The notes: a model not told the origin generated them from the sequence alone. A stretch of DNA of 64,000 nucleotides from the human T2T-CHM13v2.0 reference genome, Homo sapiens (GCF_009914755.1 NC_060934.1); one strand, 5' to 3'; positions 1 to 12,880 are shown, counted from the first letter of the stretch. Made by a program: numbers and translations.

Positions 1-103
1 AACATATTGCTATAACACCAAGGGCTATGATGGGACCCCAGTGACACAGTCTCTTTAATTCTTGTAGATTTTCAAACTTGATAACCGAACAGAATGTACC
101 CAT
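1..103 (-). CDS. ZDHHC6: ZDHHC6 palmitoyltransferase, first coding exon (partial; continues beyond window start)
   Basis: Reverse complement from 103 translates MGTFCSVIKFENLQELKRLCHWGPIIALGVIAIC, recognised as the ZDHHC6 N-terminus. Strong Kozak context (aaaATGG). Head-to-head arrangement with VTI1A matches the known locus. Confidence 0.95.
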   Translation of the reverse strand, partial: MGTFCSVIKFENLQELKRLCHWGPIIALGVIAIC

Positions 104-317
104 TTTGGCAAGGAAGAATGCCTTCCTACTTTAAAAGAATTATAGATTTCCTTTTTCTGTGCGCACATTTCCATGTGCCACAAGTCCATGTGTGTTCTTT
201 AATTGTCATGCCTTCAAGCTGTGAACTGTTAACGCAGATTACACCATTTTCACTGTCAGGCACCCAAAGCTCTTTATCTTAACTAGGAGAATCCAGTGTC
301 TTGGTCTGAAACCCAAC
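104..317 (-). other. ZDHHC6: ZDHHC6 5'UTR portion of the ATG-containing exon
   Basis: Minus-strand acceptor ttttaactgaactttcccattttgttttctttAG|GTTGGG with AG at 319-318, a polypyrimidine tract and a branch-like TAAC/TGAAC upstream. Confidence 0.85.
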
Positions 318-1371
318 CTAAAGAAAACAAAATGGGAAAGTTCAGTTAAAACAAAACAAAACAAAACCTTTATTGCATACCATACTTGTTAACTACAATA
401 AACACCTACACAACAGCATCTCACAAGTGCACTACACTTTGGGATGCATATCTTGTCAAATGTCAAAAAGAACTACTTTTGACTTATCCAAAATATGGTA
501 CAAGTTTGAATGGCATGCAAACTGGATACACGATTCCAAAATAGTTGTTTTTATTCCTTCTCCGCTTGTCAGGGGACTGTCACCATCCAACGCTTAGTGA
601 ATAGTTTGAGAAGACAAAGAATTTTAGGACCTTAGAGTTGATCTAATTCAGTTTCCTTCTTCATAGAACAGAAATTGTCTTAGAGAGGCTGAGTGATTAG
701 ACCAAGGTCACAAGTAACAGGTGAACCAGAATAGAAGGCAAGTCAACGACCTCCCTTTATGAAATTCTAAGCTGCCTCTTATGAAGTCTTGAATTAAGCC
801 AAGTATGAGTCAGACATGGTCTATGCCATTTGCCTGCAGTCTCCTCCACCCCGCCACCCAAACATCAAGAGAACAGTCAATTTGGCCCAAAAGTAAAGGA
901 GCGACAGTGAAAGCAAAGAGAGCATGCAAGGAAAGGAAGGGAGGAGATAGAGCGAGAGTGTGTGTGGTGTGTGTGAAATTATGACCAGAAGAGTATATGA
1001 GAAGAACCTGAATTAGAAGATTCGAGGGAAGAAAGAAGAGGAAGTGCCTCCAGGAGCGAGGGAAACGGAAGGCAGGGCGGCGAGCTCCGGAGAGATTTGT
1101 GGAAGGGCATCTCTGCCTGGACTGGATCTGAAGATCTGGAAGAGGATCTGAGCTACATGGATAATACAGACTACCACGCAGCAGACGCTGTTGACTTGTG
1201 CCTCAGTTTCCCGCCCGAGTCATGGAGCAGAGGGCTTAGAAATAAATCCTCACCCAAGGAAGAAATATCCTGGTAAGCCAGGTTGGTCTCAACATTCAGG
1301 AGAGCCTGCTCCCACTCTGGTGGGACAAAGACCACCAAAATCGTGCTTATATTCCCTGCCTTGACTCCCAC

Positions 1372-1600
1372 CTCAGTGTGGTCCCTGGTGTCTGCTCCTC
1401 AGCCATCGCATATCCGGGGCGGCCTGGGCTCACCCGGAACAGATTTTTTCCTCCTTGGATGACTCCGTCATGGACACCTCAGCCCAGGACAAGCAGAGAG
1501 CAAACCCTGGCAGCGAGAGGCTGGAGTGCGGGACCTGCTACAAGCCGAGCACCTCTCGGCCAGCGCCCTCGCCAGGACTCTCCCGCTCAGGCCCCCTGCG
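1372..1600 (-). other. ZDHHC6: ZDHHC6 non-coding first exon (5' end approximate)
   Basis: Lies in the CpG island. Minus-strand donor candidates are GAG|GTGGGA (exon end 1372) and CGG|GTGAGC (exon end 1434). The TSS cannot be fixed from sequence alone. Confidence 0.55.
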
Positions 1601-2330
1601 CAGTCTCTGTTACTGTCACTTCCGGAGGTTCGCCGCCTCAAACCTCCCTCCGGAAGCAAGCTGCTGTGCCTTGTAGCGTGTGGATCCGGAGCCGATTCCC
1701 AGAACACGAAGGGGGGAAAAAACGCTTCTAATGATCCCTCAGAACTTGCATATTTTCATACGCTTTTCTGGGGGGAGGCACTAATTGGGGCGCTTTTCCT
1801 TTGCGAACTTACTTATCTTAAAGTCGGAGCGGAAAATAAAGCACGCACGCAACCCAATTTCCGGAGAACCGAGATTGCGACGAACAACCAGGAAGCGGCT
1901 GGGTTGAGAGCTGTCCCCGGTTCTCCGTTCTGCTCTCGGGGGCACCTTCCGGGGTTCCTAAGCCGCGGGGCCCCTCGCTGCCCCTCGAGGCCCTTTCCCT
2001 GACCTAGGCTTTGGCCTGGGCTACTCGTTCCGGAGCCGCCATGTCGTCCGACTTCGAAGGTTACGAGCAGGACTTCGCGGTGCTCACTGCAGAGATCACC
2101 AGCAAGATTGCGAGGGTCCCACGACTCCCGCCTGGTGAGAGCCTTGCCCGGCTGGACGAGGGTGCTGGGGAGAGCTGGGAGGGTGCGGGCGGTGGAACGC
2201 CGCCCGAGTAAGTGTGTCTATGAGGCGCGAGGCTGGAGTGGGTGGTGCCGGCTGTTCCCAGGAGGGATACGGCTTGGCTTGGTTGAGGGTAAGGAGTCAA
2301 GTTCGGGTGTGGGGTGCCGTGAAAAGAGCC
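1400..2330. promoter_or_regulatory. CpG island / TATA-less bidirectional promoter of ZDHHC6 and VTI1A
   Basis: High GC and CpG density between two divergent genes. Several ETS-type CCGGAA/TTCCGG cores (1434, 1620, 1650, 1859, 1947, 2028). Confidence 0.9.
2041..2134 (+). CDS. VTI1A: VTI1A coding exon 1 (MSSDFEGYEQDFAVLTAEITSKIARVPRLPP)
   Basis: gccgccATG Kozak, recognised VTI1A N-terminus, donor CTG|GTGAGA. 94 nt, phase 1. Confidence 0.97.
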
Positions 2331-2850
2331 TTCGGAATCTGAGCCATCTGAGTTCGAATCCCGGCTCTACCTTCTTGTAACTTGCATAACCTGGAAACGT
2401 TTCTTAACGTCTTAAGAGTCTTAATGTTTTCATTTGTAAATTATAGACATGTGAGTATTCAAAGAAAATGAATGAAAGTATGTAGCCTATGGATCTACAA
2501 TCTACAGCGGCGTTGTTGTGTTAGTAATAATATTGTTATAATTATATGCGGCAAAATAGAGGTAAGAATCAGGGTGCCTAGATTCAAATCCTACCTCTGT
2601 CACTTAGAAGTTGTGCCTCTTAACCCGGGAGGCGGAGGTTGCAGTGAGCCAAGATCTCGCCATTGCACTCCAGCCTAGGCAACAAGAGTGAAACTCCGTC
2701 TCAAATAAATAAATAAAATAAAAGTTGTGCCTCTTAAACAGACTTCTTAGTCTCTTTCAACTTTCCTTCTTAGTAAATGGGGGAAAATTGTACTTCTCTC
2801 ATGGGGTTGTTAGGTAGATTAAATTTATATAACATATTTAAAGTCACTTT
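2320..2850 (+). mobile_element. MIR fragments
   Basis: MIR core motifs (gagttcgaatcccggctctacc; gattcaaatcctacctctgtcactt...gtaaatggggg). Confidence 0.65.
2622..2721 (+). mobile_element. 5'-truncated Alu (3' end of right arm) inserted in MIR
   Basis: Alu 3' sequence with TAAA tail. TSD aagttgtgcctctt at 2608-2621 and 2722-2735. Confidence 0.9.
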
Positions 2851-4137
2851 TGGTGTTGTTAGTTGCTGTATTAGCATTAGTATTTTTCATACCCCCCACC
2901 CCCATTTCTTGTTTCTCATCCTTCTTGGGGATTTATTGTATAACCCAGTTTCATGTAAAACTTGGTACAAGATAATTTTTCACACTTAAAAATTTCACAT
3001 CTCCCATCTGGAAATGTTTTTGTTTTTGTGTTTCCTTTTGTGTTTTAGCACATCTTATTTTCTATGCTAGACTGTCAACTATGTGAAGGTGGGAGCTGTG
3101 TCTGATTTCCTTGGCGTTTACTTATTAGGGGCTCAGGAAAATAAGTGAATGAGCAGGTGAATATAAATATGATCTTTTGTAACTATGGTTTGTACAATGT
3201 TGATTCGGGGACTATCTTTCTCTACAGATTAGAGTAGTTAGTTACAGAAAAGGGTTTTACATTTTTGTTTAGTTTTGTTAGGGAAATTGAACCATCATCT
3301 GGCTGCTAGACTTGTCCCTACCCTAGCTCCAGGATATAAAGTGTAGAAAGGTGGATGTGCTCATTAATCTGCGGATTGGTGGGCACTTCACTTGCCCACT
3401 TGTCCTGGTACTAGCAATAATTTCTCCCGGACCTAAGTTGTCATTCCTCTTTCCCTTTCCCTACTTCCCCCAAAACTTATGTGTTTATAAGTAATTTTCT
3501 TCCCTTATTTCTTTGTTTTTCTTCCCCTCACCTATTTTCTGTTAATAGGGATATTTGCTTGAAGCCAGGATCTCTGAACTTATACCCCACTCATCTCCTG
3601 AAGTCCCCAGTTAGTTCTGGAGGAGATGGATGATGTCTTAAAGAGGTTTATGAGTCCAAGTAAGGGAACAAGAGGAGAGAACCAAGGTAGTATATACCAC
3701 CAAGCTCTGCTGCCTCAGAGATTTTTGTGTCGAAAGTGGCTGATGGCCTCATCTCTTCATGATACATCACCTCGCCTCTTCTCTTCAGTTCTGCTTTTCT
3801 CCACTGCCGGAGATCGTCTTGATTTTTGTTATTGTTGGAGACTACTTCCTTTGAATTGAGTCCCAGAGCCTCAGAGTATCAGGACTTGTGGTTCCAGTTA
3901 GAGTTTTACTCATTTTTAATTGTAATTGTTTTAGCAGTAGAAACATTTCTTTGGGTTATTAGTTTTTGTATTGGGAAGCTGTTTTACAAGGTAACAAAAT
4001 CATCCTTGGATGCAAAGTTGTAAATTTCCAAGAAAACAGATCGTGTTACAATTTTTTTCTTGCCTTTATATTTTAATGTGACAATTCTTAACACATAGAA
4101 GGAAACTTTTTGAATTCAGTACCTTAAAAATAAAACT

Positions 4138-4493
<356 letters not shown>

Positions 4494-4572
4494 TCATTAC
4501 AATTGAAAGGAGACTGCATTGCTGGCTCTGGAAGAATGCTTACTGACTTGTATTATTGAATAATCATAATTC

Positions 4573-4871
<299 letters not shown>

Positions 4872-5809
4872 TAAAAACGCAGTAGTTGCCCTCTTAATAA
4901 TGACTTGTGCTTGCCCCTTTTTAAATCTATTTCCAATTGATGTATAGAAAAAGATGAAAAATATATCCATGTAGTTATGAATTTCAGATGTATGTCTGTA
5001 GATGAACAGACATTAATATATATAACCATGGCAAAAATAGTTTGATGACAAGTAATTATAATCTCTCTCTCTGGCCATCATTGGCGAGTGCAGTGTTGAG
5101 CTAAAAGTGACCCAGAGGAGGTGAACTATAATTTACTTGAGTTAAGAAGGATAAAAATTGGAGCAAACTTTCCAGCCAAAGCAGTTAATTCCCCCAACAT
5201 AGTAACTTACTTAAATTCAAGTAGAGTGGGTAGATCTATTGAAATGAACTTTACTCTGCTGTGCATGTTACAATGTATTAAAGTATTGCTTCCAAAGAGA
5301 ACAGAAGAGTGAACATTTAAAAATTTTATTTTAAGAAAGAAATCTGATTACTCTGTGATATTTTTTAAACAATAAAGAGATTTTGCTCTTAAAGTGTTTG
5401 AATCTTAACTAATTTTAGTAATTGAACTGAGATGGGTGAGTTCTTTCTTAATACCCTATGGCACTATATTTGAACATTGTTTTTTTAATTATTATGGTTC
5501 TGTGGGAAAGTAAGGAAAAGGGATGAGCAGAAACTATACAGTTAGTACTTTATTGTGAAGTTCCTTTTCCTCTAGTGATGGGAGTGAATTCTTAAGTGGG
5601 GAATGTTTTCCTCTGGTGCAAAGATTCTGTTACACGAAATAGGCTTCCTGAAGAATTTTAAAGTAGTCTTTTTGCAATTAGTTGCTTACTTTACCATTCA
5701 CAGAGAGGGAATGATCTGTTGTGAATCCTGTCACTTTATGGCTGTCCTCAGAATTGTACCAAGAAAGTATTACAGCAAAATGATTCAGATTCAGACATGA
5801 CATCAGATC

Positions 5810-5960
5810 TGTTTAGAACCCTAGTTCTGCTACTTACTAGATGTGCAGTCATGGACAATTGCTTGGCCTTTCTAGGCCTGTCTCCTCCATCGGTAGAATG
5901 GGGGTGAGAGAGTAATAATTTCAACCTTATAATGTAAAAATCAGTGAAATAAAACATGTA
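5810..5960 (+). mobile_element. MIR
   Basis: Degenerate MIR core (ctgctacttactagatgtgcagtcatggacaa...). Confidence 0.55.
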
Positions 5961-6509
5961 ACACACTAGCACCCTTCTTACACAGAGAAAACACGTGATA
6001 TACTAGCCATTAATGATATTACTGCTGCTGCTGAAGACAACAGTTGGTAAGATTAGCTAGGACCCCGCTCTTCAGACTTTGTCATGTTAATTGAACTCTT
6101 AAATCTTACACTTCAATTATTGCTTCCTTTCTGTTCCTAGACTAGAATTAGGTAAATTTCTCTTGATGAACACATTTGAAAGGAGGTAAGTGATTAGGGC
6201 CTTTTGGATATGAATTTGGAACTGGGCTTTGAACTCAGGATCCCAAGGGGGGCAGTCGGAGGAGAGAAGTGAAAGTGGTGTCGGACAAGGCAGGTGTCCT
6301 TTCTGGAAGGAAATGCCTGAGTCTAGTGGATTAGTTATGCCAAGCCCTGGAGGATTGTCTAGACCATCTAGACTTAGCCACGTGTAGATGAAGGCATAAA
6401 CATACTTCTGTGATTCTCTCTTGCCTTTGCAAGGTGGTTGCAGTGAGATAATTCAGAAAAGTTGGCTTTTGTTCATGAATATTGTGGTTTGCTTAAAATA
6501 TATTTGGCT

Positions 6510-6750
6510 TTAGAGCTGTAATATCTACGTGTAGCTATTGAGCACCTGAAATGTGGCTGTTGCTACATTGTGAAATGATAATATTTTAGATATATGCAAT
6601 TACGTATTATTGAAATTAAAAACATTATTAAAACTAATTTCACTTGTTTCTCTTAAAAGTTTTTTATTTTTGAAAACTTTAAAAAATACTGCTACAAGAA
6701 AATTTAAAATTGCATGTGTGACTTGCATTATATTTCTGTTGCTCTAGAGG
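6510..6750. mobile_element. hAT-Charlie MITE (MER3/MER33-like)
   Basis: gtagctattgagcacctgaaatgtggct...aaatttaaaattgcatgtgtgacttgcattatatttctgtt motif. Confidence 0.6.
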
Positions 6751-6955
6751 GTTACAGTTGAAGGGATGGTTCCAGTCCTGATTCAGGAACTCACTGCTAC
6801 AATAGTTTGTTCCTTGTTAGGATTCAGGCTACCTCAAAATCTGCTTCATGAGCTGCTGGGCAAGGTCCAGCTTTTTCAATTGAGCATACAGGGAAGATAG
6901 TCTTTAGCAGTTACTGATGGCCCAGTTATGTCTCATAAAAAATTTAAGCATTTAG

Positions 6956-7250
6956 GGCCGGGCGCGGTGGCTCACACTGTAATCTCAGCACTTTGGGAGG
7001 CCAAGGCGGGCAGATCACGAGCTCAGGAAATCGAGACCATCCTGGCCAACATGGAGAAACCCCGTCTCTACTAGAAATACAAAAATTAGCTGGGTGTAGT
7101 GGCACGTGCCTCTAATCCTAGCTACTCAGGAGGCTGAGGCAGGAGAATTACTTGAACCAGGGAGTCAGAGGTTGCAGTGAGCCAAGATTGCGCCACTGCA
7201 CTCCAGCCTAGTGACACAGTGAGACTCTGTCTCAAAAAAAAAAAAAAAAA
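6956..7250 (+). mobile_element. AluS
   Basis: Full Alu with poly(A). Confidence 0.95.
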
Positions 7251-7399
7251 TTAAGCTTTTATGGGGTTGTATTCATCTTTGAATAATATACATTCATATA
7301 AACAATTGTGTGTGTGTATGCATCTATAGATCTATATATCTGTATGTTGTCTATATATTGGTCAATTTAGTCAACCTAAGTAATGGCTTCAGTCTTTTG

Positions 7400-8700
7400 T
7401 TTTTGTTTTTTTTTTTTAAATAAACTTTTTATTTTAGAACAGTCTGAAATTTACAGAAAAATCACAAAGATAGTACGGAGAATCCCATATACCCCATGCC
7501 CAGTTTTCTCTGTGATTAACATCATGTTAATATGGTACATTTGTTACAGCTAGTGAGCCCATATTGATACATTATTATTAACTAAAGGTCATACTTTATT
7601 CAGATTTCGTTTTGTTCTGTTTGTTCTTTTTACCTAATGTCCTTTAACTATTCCAGGATCCAATCTGGGACACTGTAAAACATTTAGTACTCATGGATTT
7701 TTAGGCCCCTCATGGCTATGACAGTTTCTCAAACTGTCCTTGTTTCTGATGACTTTACAGTTTAGAAGAGTACTGGTCAGATATTTTCTAGAAGGTTCCC
7801 TCAACTGGGATTTGCTCAATGTTTTTCTCATGATTAGATTGGAGTTCTGGGTTTTGGGGAGGAGGACCACAGAAGTAAAGCATCATTTTCACCACATACC
7901 AAGAATACATACTGTCAACATGACTTATCACTACTGATGTTAACCTTTATCACCTGGCTGAGGTAGTGTTTGCCAGGTTTCTCCACTGTAAAGTTACTGT
8001 TTCCCTCCCTTTTCCATACTATTTGGAAGAAAATCATATATGCATAGCCTATACTTAAGGAGTGGAGAGTTACACTCTACCTCCTTGAAGCCAAGTAATT
8101 ACGTGAATTATTTGTAATTCTTTTATGTAAGAGAGATTTATCTATTCATTTATTTACTTATTCAGTCATTTACATCAGTATGGACTCATAGATACCTATT
8201 TTATCCTTTGTGTTATATTCCAATACTACTTTATTTTCATGTTGCTCAAATTGTTTTAGCGTTGACCATTGGGAGCCTTTTTTTTAATTTGGCTTCTGTG
8301 TCCTTTTGGTATACCCCCATCATTTTGGCTTTTTTCTTTCCTTTTTTTTAAGGACTATATTGCTTTCTGATAGTATAAGATACTCCAGGATCATCTTCTC
8401 TATTTCCTGTTTCAGTGCTAGAATCAGCCCTTTCTCTGAGGAATCCTGTTTCCTTTAATTAAAGAAGGGTATTAGAAACCAAGATCTGGACAGTAGGTGT
8501 GCACATTACTCCCGGGGTGTTGTTGCCTCTGGAACCTCTCAGCTGACAAAGCAAGGAAATTCACATGTATATACTAAGCCATGTATATGAACATATCTAC
8601 AAGCATTTGCATATGTAATCATTTGTATATATAGTATGTTAAACACAAGTTCATACTAGTATCTCCAGCTCTAATCCATTATCAGATGGATCATTCTGTA
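7400..8700 (-). mobile_element. Old L1 (L1M-type) 3' region, antisense
   Basis: Typical antisense L1 3' end (aaactttttattttagaacagt...tttacagaaaa) preceded by a T-rich tail. Confidence 0.7.
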
Positions 8701-9021
8701 ATTGCTTTATTTCAACACTGACCATTCTATACCATGTTACACAGGGTAGCATCAGTAATATACCCATTTAAAAATTATCTGTTCCTCTCTTAGTGGTTTG
8801 ACCCTACATTTCTAAGTACATACATAATTTCTGCTGCTAGTTTTATTTTAACATATCTACATTGCACAAAGACAGGTACAAGTAACTGAATTCAAGTGAG
8901 CCTTGACACTTTAATGAGGGTGTTCTGTGCTGATTAAGCACTTCTGTAAATATCAAGAATTATACTATGCAAAGACTTGTTTGTACGTCAGCACTAAGAA
9001 CTTCTATTGAGTAGGAAATGA

Positions 9022-9284
9022 GAGGCCAAGATGGGAGGATCACTTGAGCCCAGGAGCTCAAGATCAGCCTGGGCAACATAGTGAAGCCCCATCTCTACAA
9101 AATAAAATTGAATTTAAAACTAGCTGGGCATAGTGGCACGCACCTGTCATCCCAGCTACTCAGGAGGCTGAGATGGGAGGACACCTTGAACCCAGGAGTT
9201 TGAGGTTACAGTGAGCTATGATCATGCCACTGCACTCTAGCCTGGGTGACAGAGCGAGATCTTGTCTCTAAATGAAAAAGAAAA
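9022..9284 (+). mobile_element. AluJ, slightly 5'-truncated
   Basis: AluJ-type sequence. TSD tattgagtaggaaa at ~9005 and ~9298. Confidence 0.9.
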
Positions 9285-9812
9285 CTAATTAAAAATGTAT
9301 TGAGTAGGAAAGAAAAGATCATACATACTATGCTAAGACTTATGTGTATGTACATCAGCACTTATCAAGCTTATAGACCAAAAAAAAAAAAAAAAGTGGG
9401 AGACTGTTTATATATTAAATAGTATATTTTATATAATACATATAGCAGTTACGAGCTCAGTTCAGGACAACAGACCCACCCCATTAGAGTTCCAACTCTG
9501 CTATTTATTAGTTGTTGAACTTTCAGGAAATAATTTAGTATCTCTGATCTTATTTAATGGCTTGAGAAAGGGATAGTAATAATACCTCAAAAAGGTTGTT
9601 TTAAGGATTGACTATAACAATGTTAAACACAGAGCACCATGTACATTAATGATAGCCCTTAGTTACAAAGGTCTGAATCCTAGGTACATGTTGTTTGAAA
9701 GGGGATGTCATTTGGGGTGGGCAGAATGAATCTCTTTTGGGAATTACATGTAAATGTTGCCAGGTTACCAAAACTTCGTGTTGGTAGGTATTTCCAAGGT
9801 CATCTAGTTCAG

Positions 9813-10439
9813 TTCCCTCCCCTTCCCTCCTCCCCTCCTCTCTCCCCCTCCTCCCCTCCCCTCCCCTCCCCTCCTCCCCTCACCTCCCCCCTCCCCTCAC
9901 CTCCCCCCTCCCCTCACCTCCCCCCTCCCCTCACCTCCCCTCCCCCCCTCCCCTCCCCTCCCCTCCCCTCCCCCCTCCCCTCCCCCCTCCCCTCCCCTCC
10001 TCCACTCCCCTCCGCTCCTCATTCCCTCCTTCCCCCCTTCCCCCTTCCCCCTTCCCCCTTCCCTTCTTCCCTCCTTCCCTCCTTCCCCCCTTCCCCCTTC
10101 CCCCTTCCCCCTTCCCTTCTTCCCTTCTTCCCTCCTTCCCTCCTTCCCCCCTTTCCCCCTTCCCCCCTTCCCCCTTCCCTTCTTCCCTCCTTCCCTCCTT
10201 CCCTCCTTCCCTCCTTCCCTCCTTCCTTCCTCCCTCCCTCCCTCCTTCTCTCCTTCCTTTGTTCCTTTCCTTCCTTTGTTCCTTCCCTTCACTTCCCTTT
10301 CCTTCCTTCCTTCCTTCTCTGCTCCCTCCCTTCCTCCCGCCCTCCTTCTCACCTTGCTTTGTTCTTTCCCTCCTTCCTTTGTTCCTTCCCTCCTTCTCCC
10401 CTCCCTCCCTTCCTCCCTTCCTTCCTTCCTTCCTTCCTC
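9813..10439 (+). repeat. ~630-bp polypyrimidine low-complexity tract (CCCCT / CCCCTT / CCTT units)
   Basis: Almost exclusively C and T on the + strand. Confidence 0.98.
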
Positions 10440-10850
10440 ATACTTTACCCCTAAATCATCACTTTTGAGATTTGCCTTCTTAAAAACATGAGGAACACTA
10501 TAAGGACCAATCAAAGAATGTCTCAGTTCCATCATTATTTCTGACAGCACCATCACAAAATGAATTTTATGAAAAGAAAATGATCTAATTGTGTTAACTC
10601 CACCTCTATTCCAATTTAATTATTTTTTTCGTGAAGGGAAATTTGTCATTTCAAATGGGAAGATTTGCCCCAGTCCTCACTAAAATGAGCTGTTTTTCCC
10701 CCTCAGTTTCTCTGTGAGTAATAAGTATGTTGCTGCGTGCTAAGACTGACTCATTTATTCTGTAAGCACTTAGTGGCCCCTACCATGTACAGCTCTCTAT
10801 GCTAAATACAGAGTTTGGACACGATTTGTCAAGAGTAGTCTCTGCCTTCA

Positions 10851-11202
<352 letters not shown>

Positions 11203-12089
11203 CTAATTTTTAATGACCGTTGTACCCCCTAGAGCCGAGCATAGAACTCTAGGAATTCAAAGGAAATGAGGTATGTCTCAGGACCTCGCCTAGAAGGATA
11301 GGTGGGGTTTGGACAGACAGAAACAAGCAAAGACTATATTATAAGAGGTTGCAATAAATGGATGCAGTGGGCATCTGTTGCACCCAGCAGCTTTCATTCT
11401 ATCTACTCAATTTCCTATTGAGGAACTACTTAAACCCCCTTATTCCAGTCTTGATAGAACTGACAGGCTGCCCTGCCCTCTGTAGGTCAAGAGGTGAACA
11501 TATTACCTAAGCAAGGACATTTATAGAATTTTTGCCAGGAATTTGATCAGAATGAACCAAGGAAAGAGAATAGTTAGAGCCGCTCAAGACTTTGCTTTAG
11601 CAGAGACTGTAAGTTCCTATTTCCTTGGTATCCTGAGCTACTCCTCATACTTGTCTTTCCCAAGCTGGGTGGCTCATTTTTGTCCATTGATCCTATGAGC
11701 CACCCCACATTATTCTAACAAATTATCTTTTTTGAATTAGTTTAGCCAGAATCACTTCTGTCGCATTCAGCCAAAGAACCCTAAATGGTAGCTTAACAAA
11801 GATTTAGAGAAGAAAAAAACAAGATTTGTTTGGGTAGCAATGAACAGTCTGTCTGTAGACTGCATACTAGAAACCTTGTAGTTGGAAATAAAGTTGGAAA
11901 GGATGCTCGGCTCTGAAATGTCGAGGACCTTAACTGCTAAGCTCAACTGACCCACCAAAGCCAAATTTTAGGAAGATTAAATGGGAGAGGGGGCAGGGAG
12001 ACCAAGGTGGTTAGTAGCATAGCTTCTTTTGCAAATTCTTGCTGTGTCCTGCATTATGTATTTAACTTACTTTCATTTTTTGAAAACTG

Positions 12090-12880
12090 ATTGTGTATGC
12101 CAAGCTCAGTATAGTGTAGGACTATAAAGATGACTGAGACATGGTTCTTGTCTTCCCAGAGCCTCTAAGTTGAAAGGTTGTTCATGTGAGGGATAAATCA
12201 TTAGGATTACATAAGAGTTATAGATATTTTATGTACAAGGGGGTGATTAACTCTTATGTTGGGTTAGGAAAGCCTTCAAAGAAGTGATGATTTCTGAAGA
12301 GAGTTTTGAATAGAGGTTTGCCAGGTGGGCCTGGTGGAGATGGGCATTGGGATTAAAGGATTGAAGGCCTGGAAATATATCAGCGTTAGAGATAAAGATT
12401 TAGGATCATAAATACATAATATGATAGTTTTAAAATGGATGAAATTGCCCAGGGACATAGACGATAGTCATAAGAAAGGCAAGGACTGAACTCCAAGGAA
12501 CATCAGCAGTTGAAAGATGGCCTGAAAAATACAATGCCTAACAGAGGACCGTGAGACAGGAGTGAGCCTTCAGGAGAATGACCAGATCAGGGTGCCATGG
12601 GAGCCAGTAGAGGAGAAAGTTACAGGACGGGAGGAGCAAAGTGTAAGAAACCACAAGATTAAATAAAAACAGGACCTAAGAATGTCTATTAGTTTGGGCA
12701 AAGGAAGGGTTATTAATCTAGTGAGAGTAATTTCAGTGGAATGGTGGGGGCAGGAGTTAGTTTACAGGGAGTGGATGGGAAGATGAGGAAGGGAAACAGA
12801 GTCTGTACCCTTGCTTTCAAGAAAATTGACTGGTGATGAAAGGAGAGGAATATTAGCAAAGGGGAATACAGGTCAAGGGA
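12090..12880 (+). mobile_element. L2 fragments
   Basis: Degenerate purine-rich L2-like sequence (gagtaatttcagtggaatggtgggggcaggag...). Confidence 0.5.

Noticed and set aside
1378-2380. Several 66-158 aa ORFs across the CpG island
   Set aside because: GC-rich, stop-poor sequence, mostly with non-ATG starts. Only 2041-2134 matches a real protein.
9705-10556. 249-aa Pro/Ser/Leu-rich ORF and 219-aa Gly/Arg/Glu-rich antisense ORF
   Set aside because: By-products of the C/T low-complexity tract, which cannot contain stop codons. No other sign of coding.
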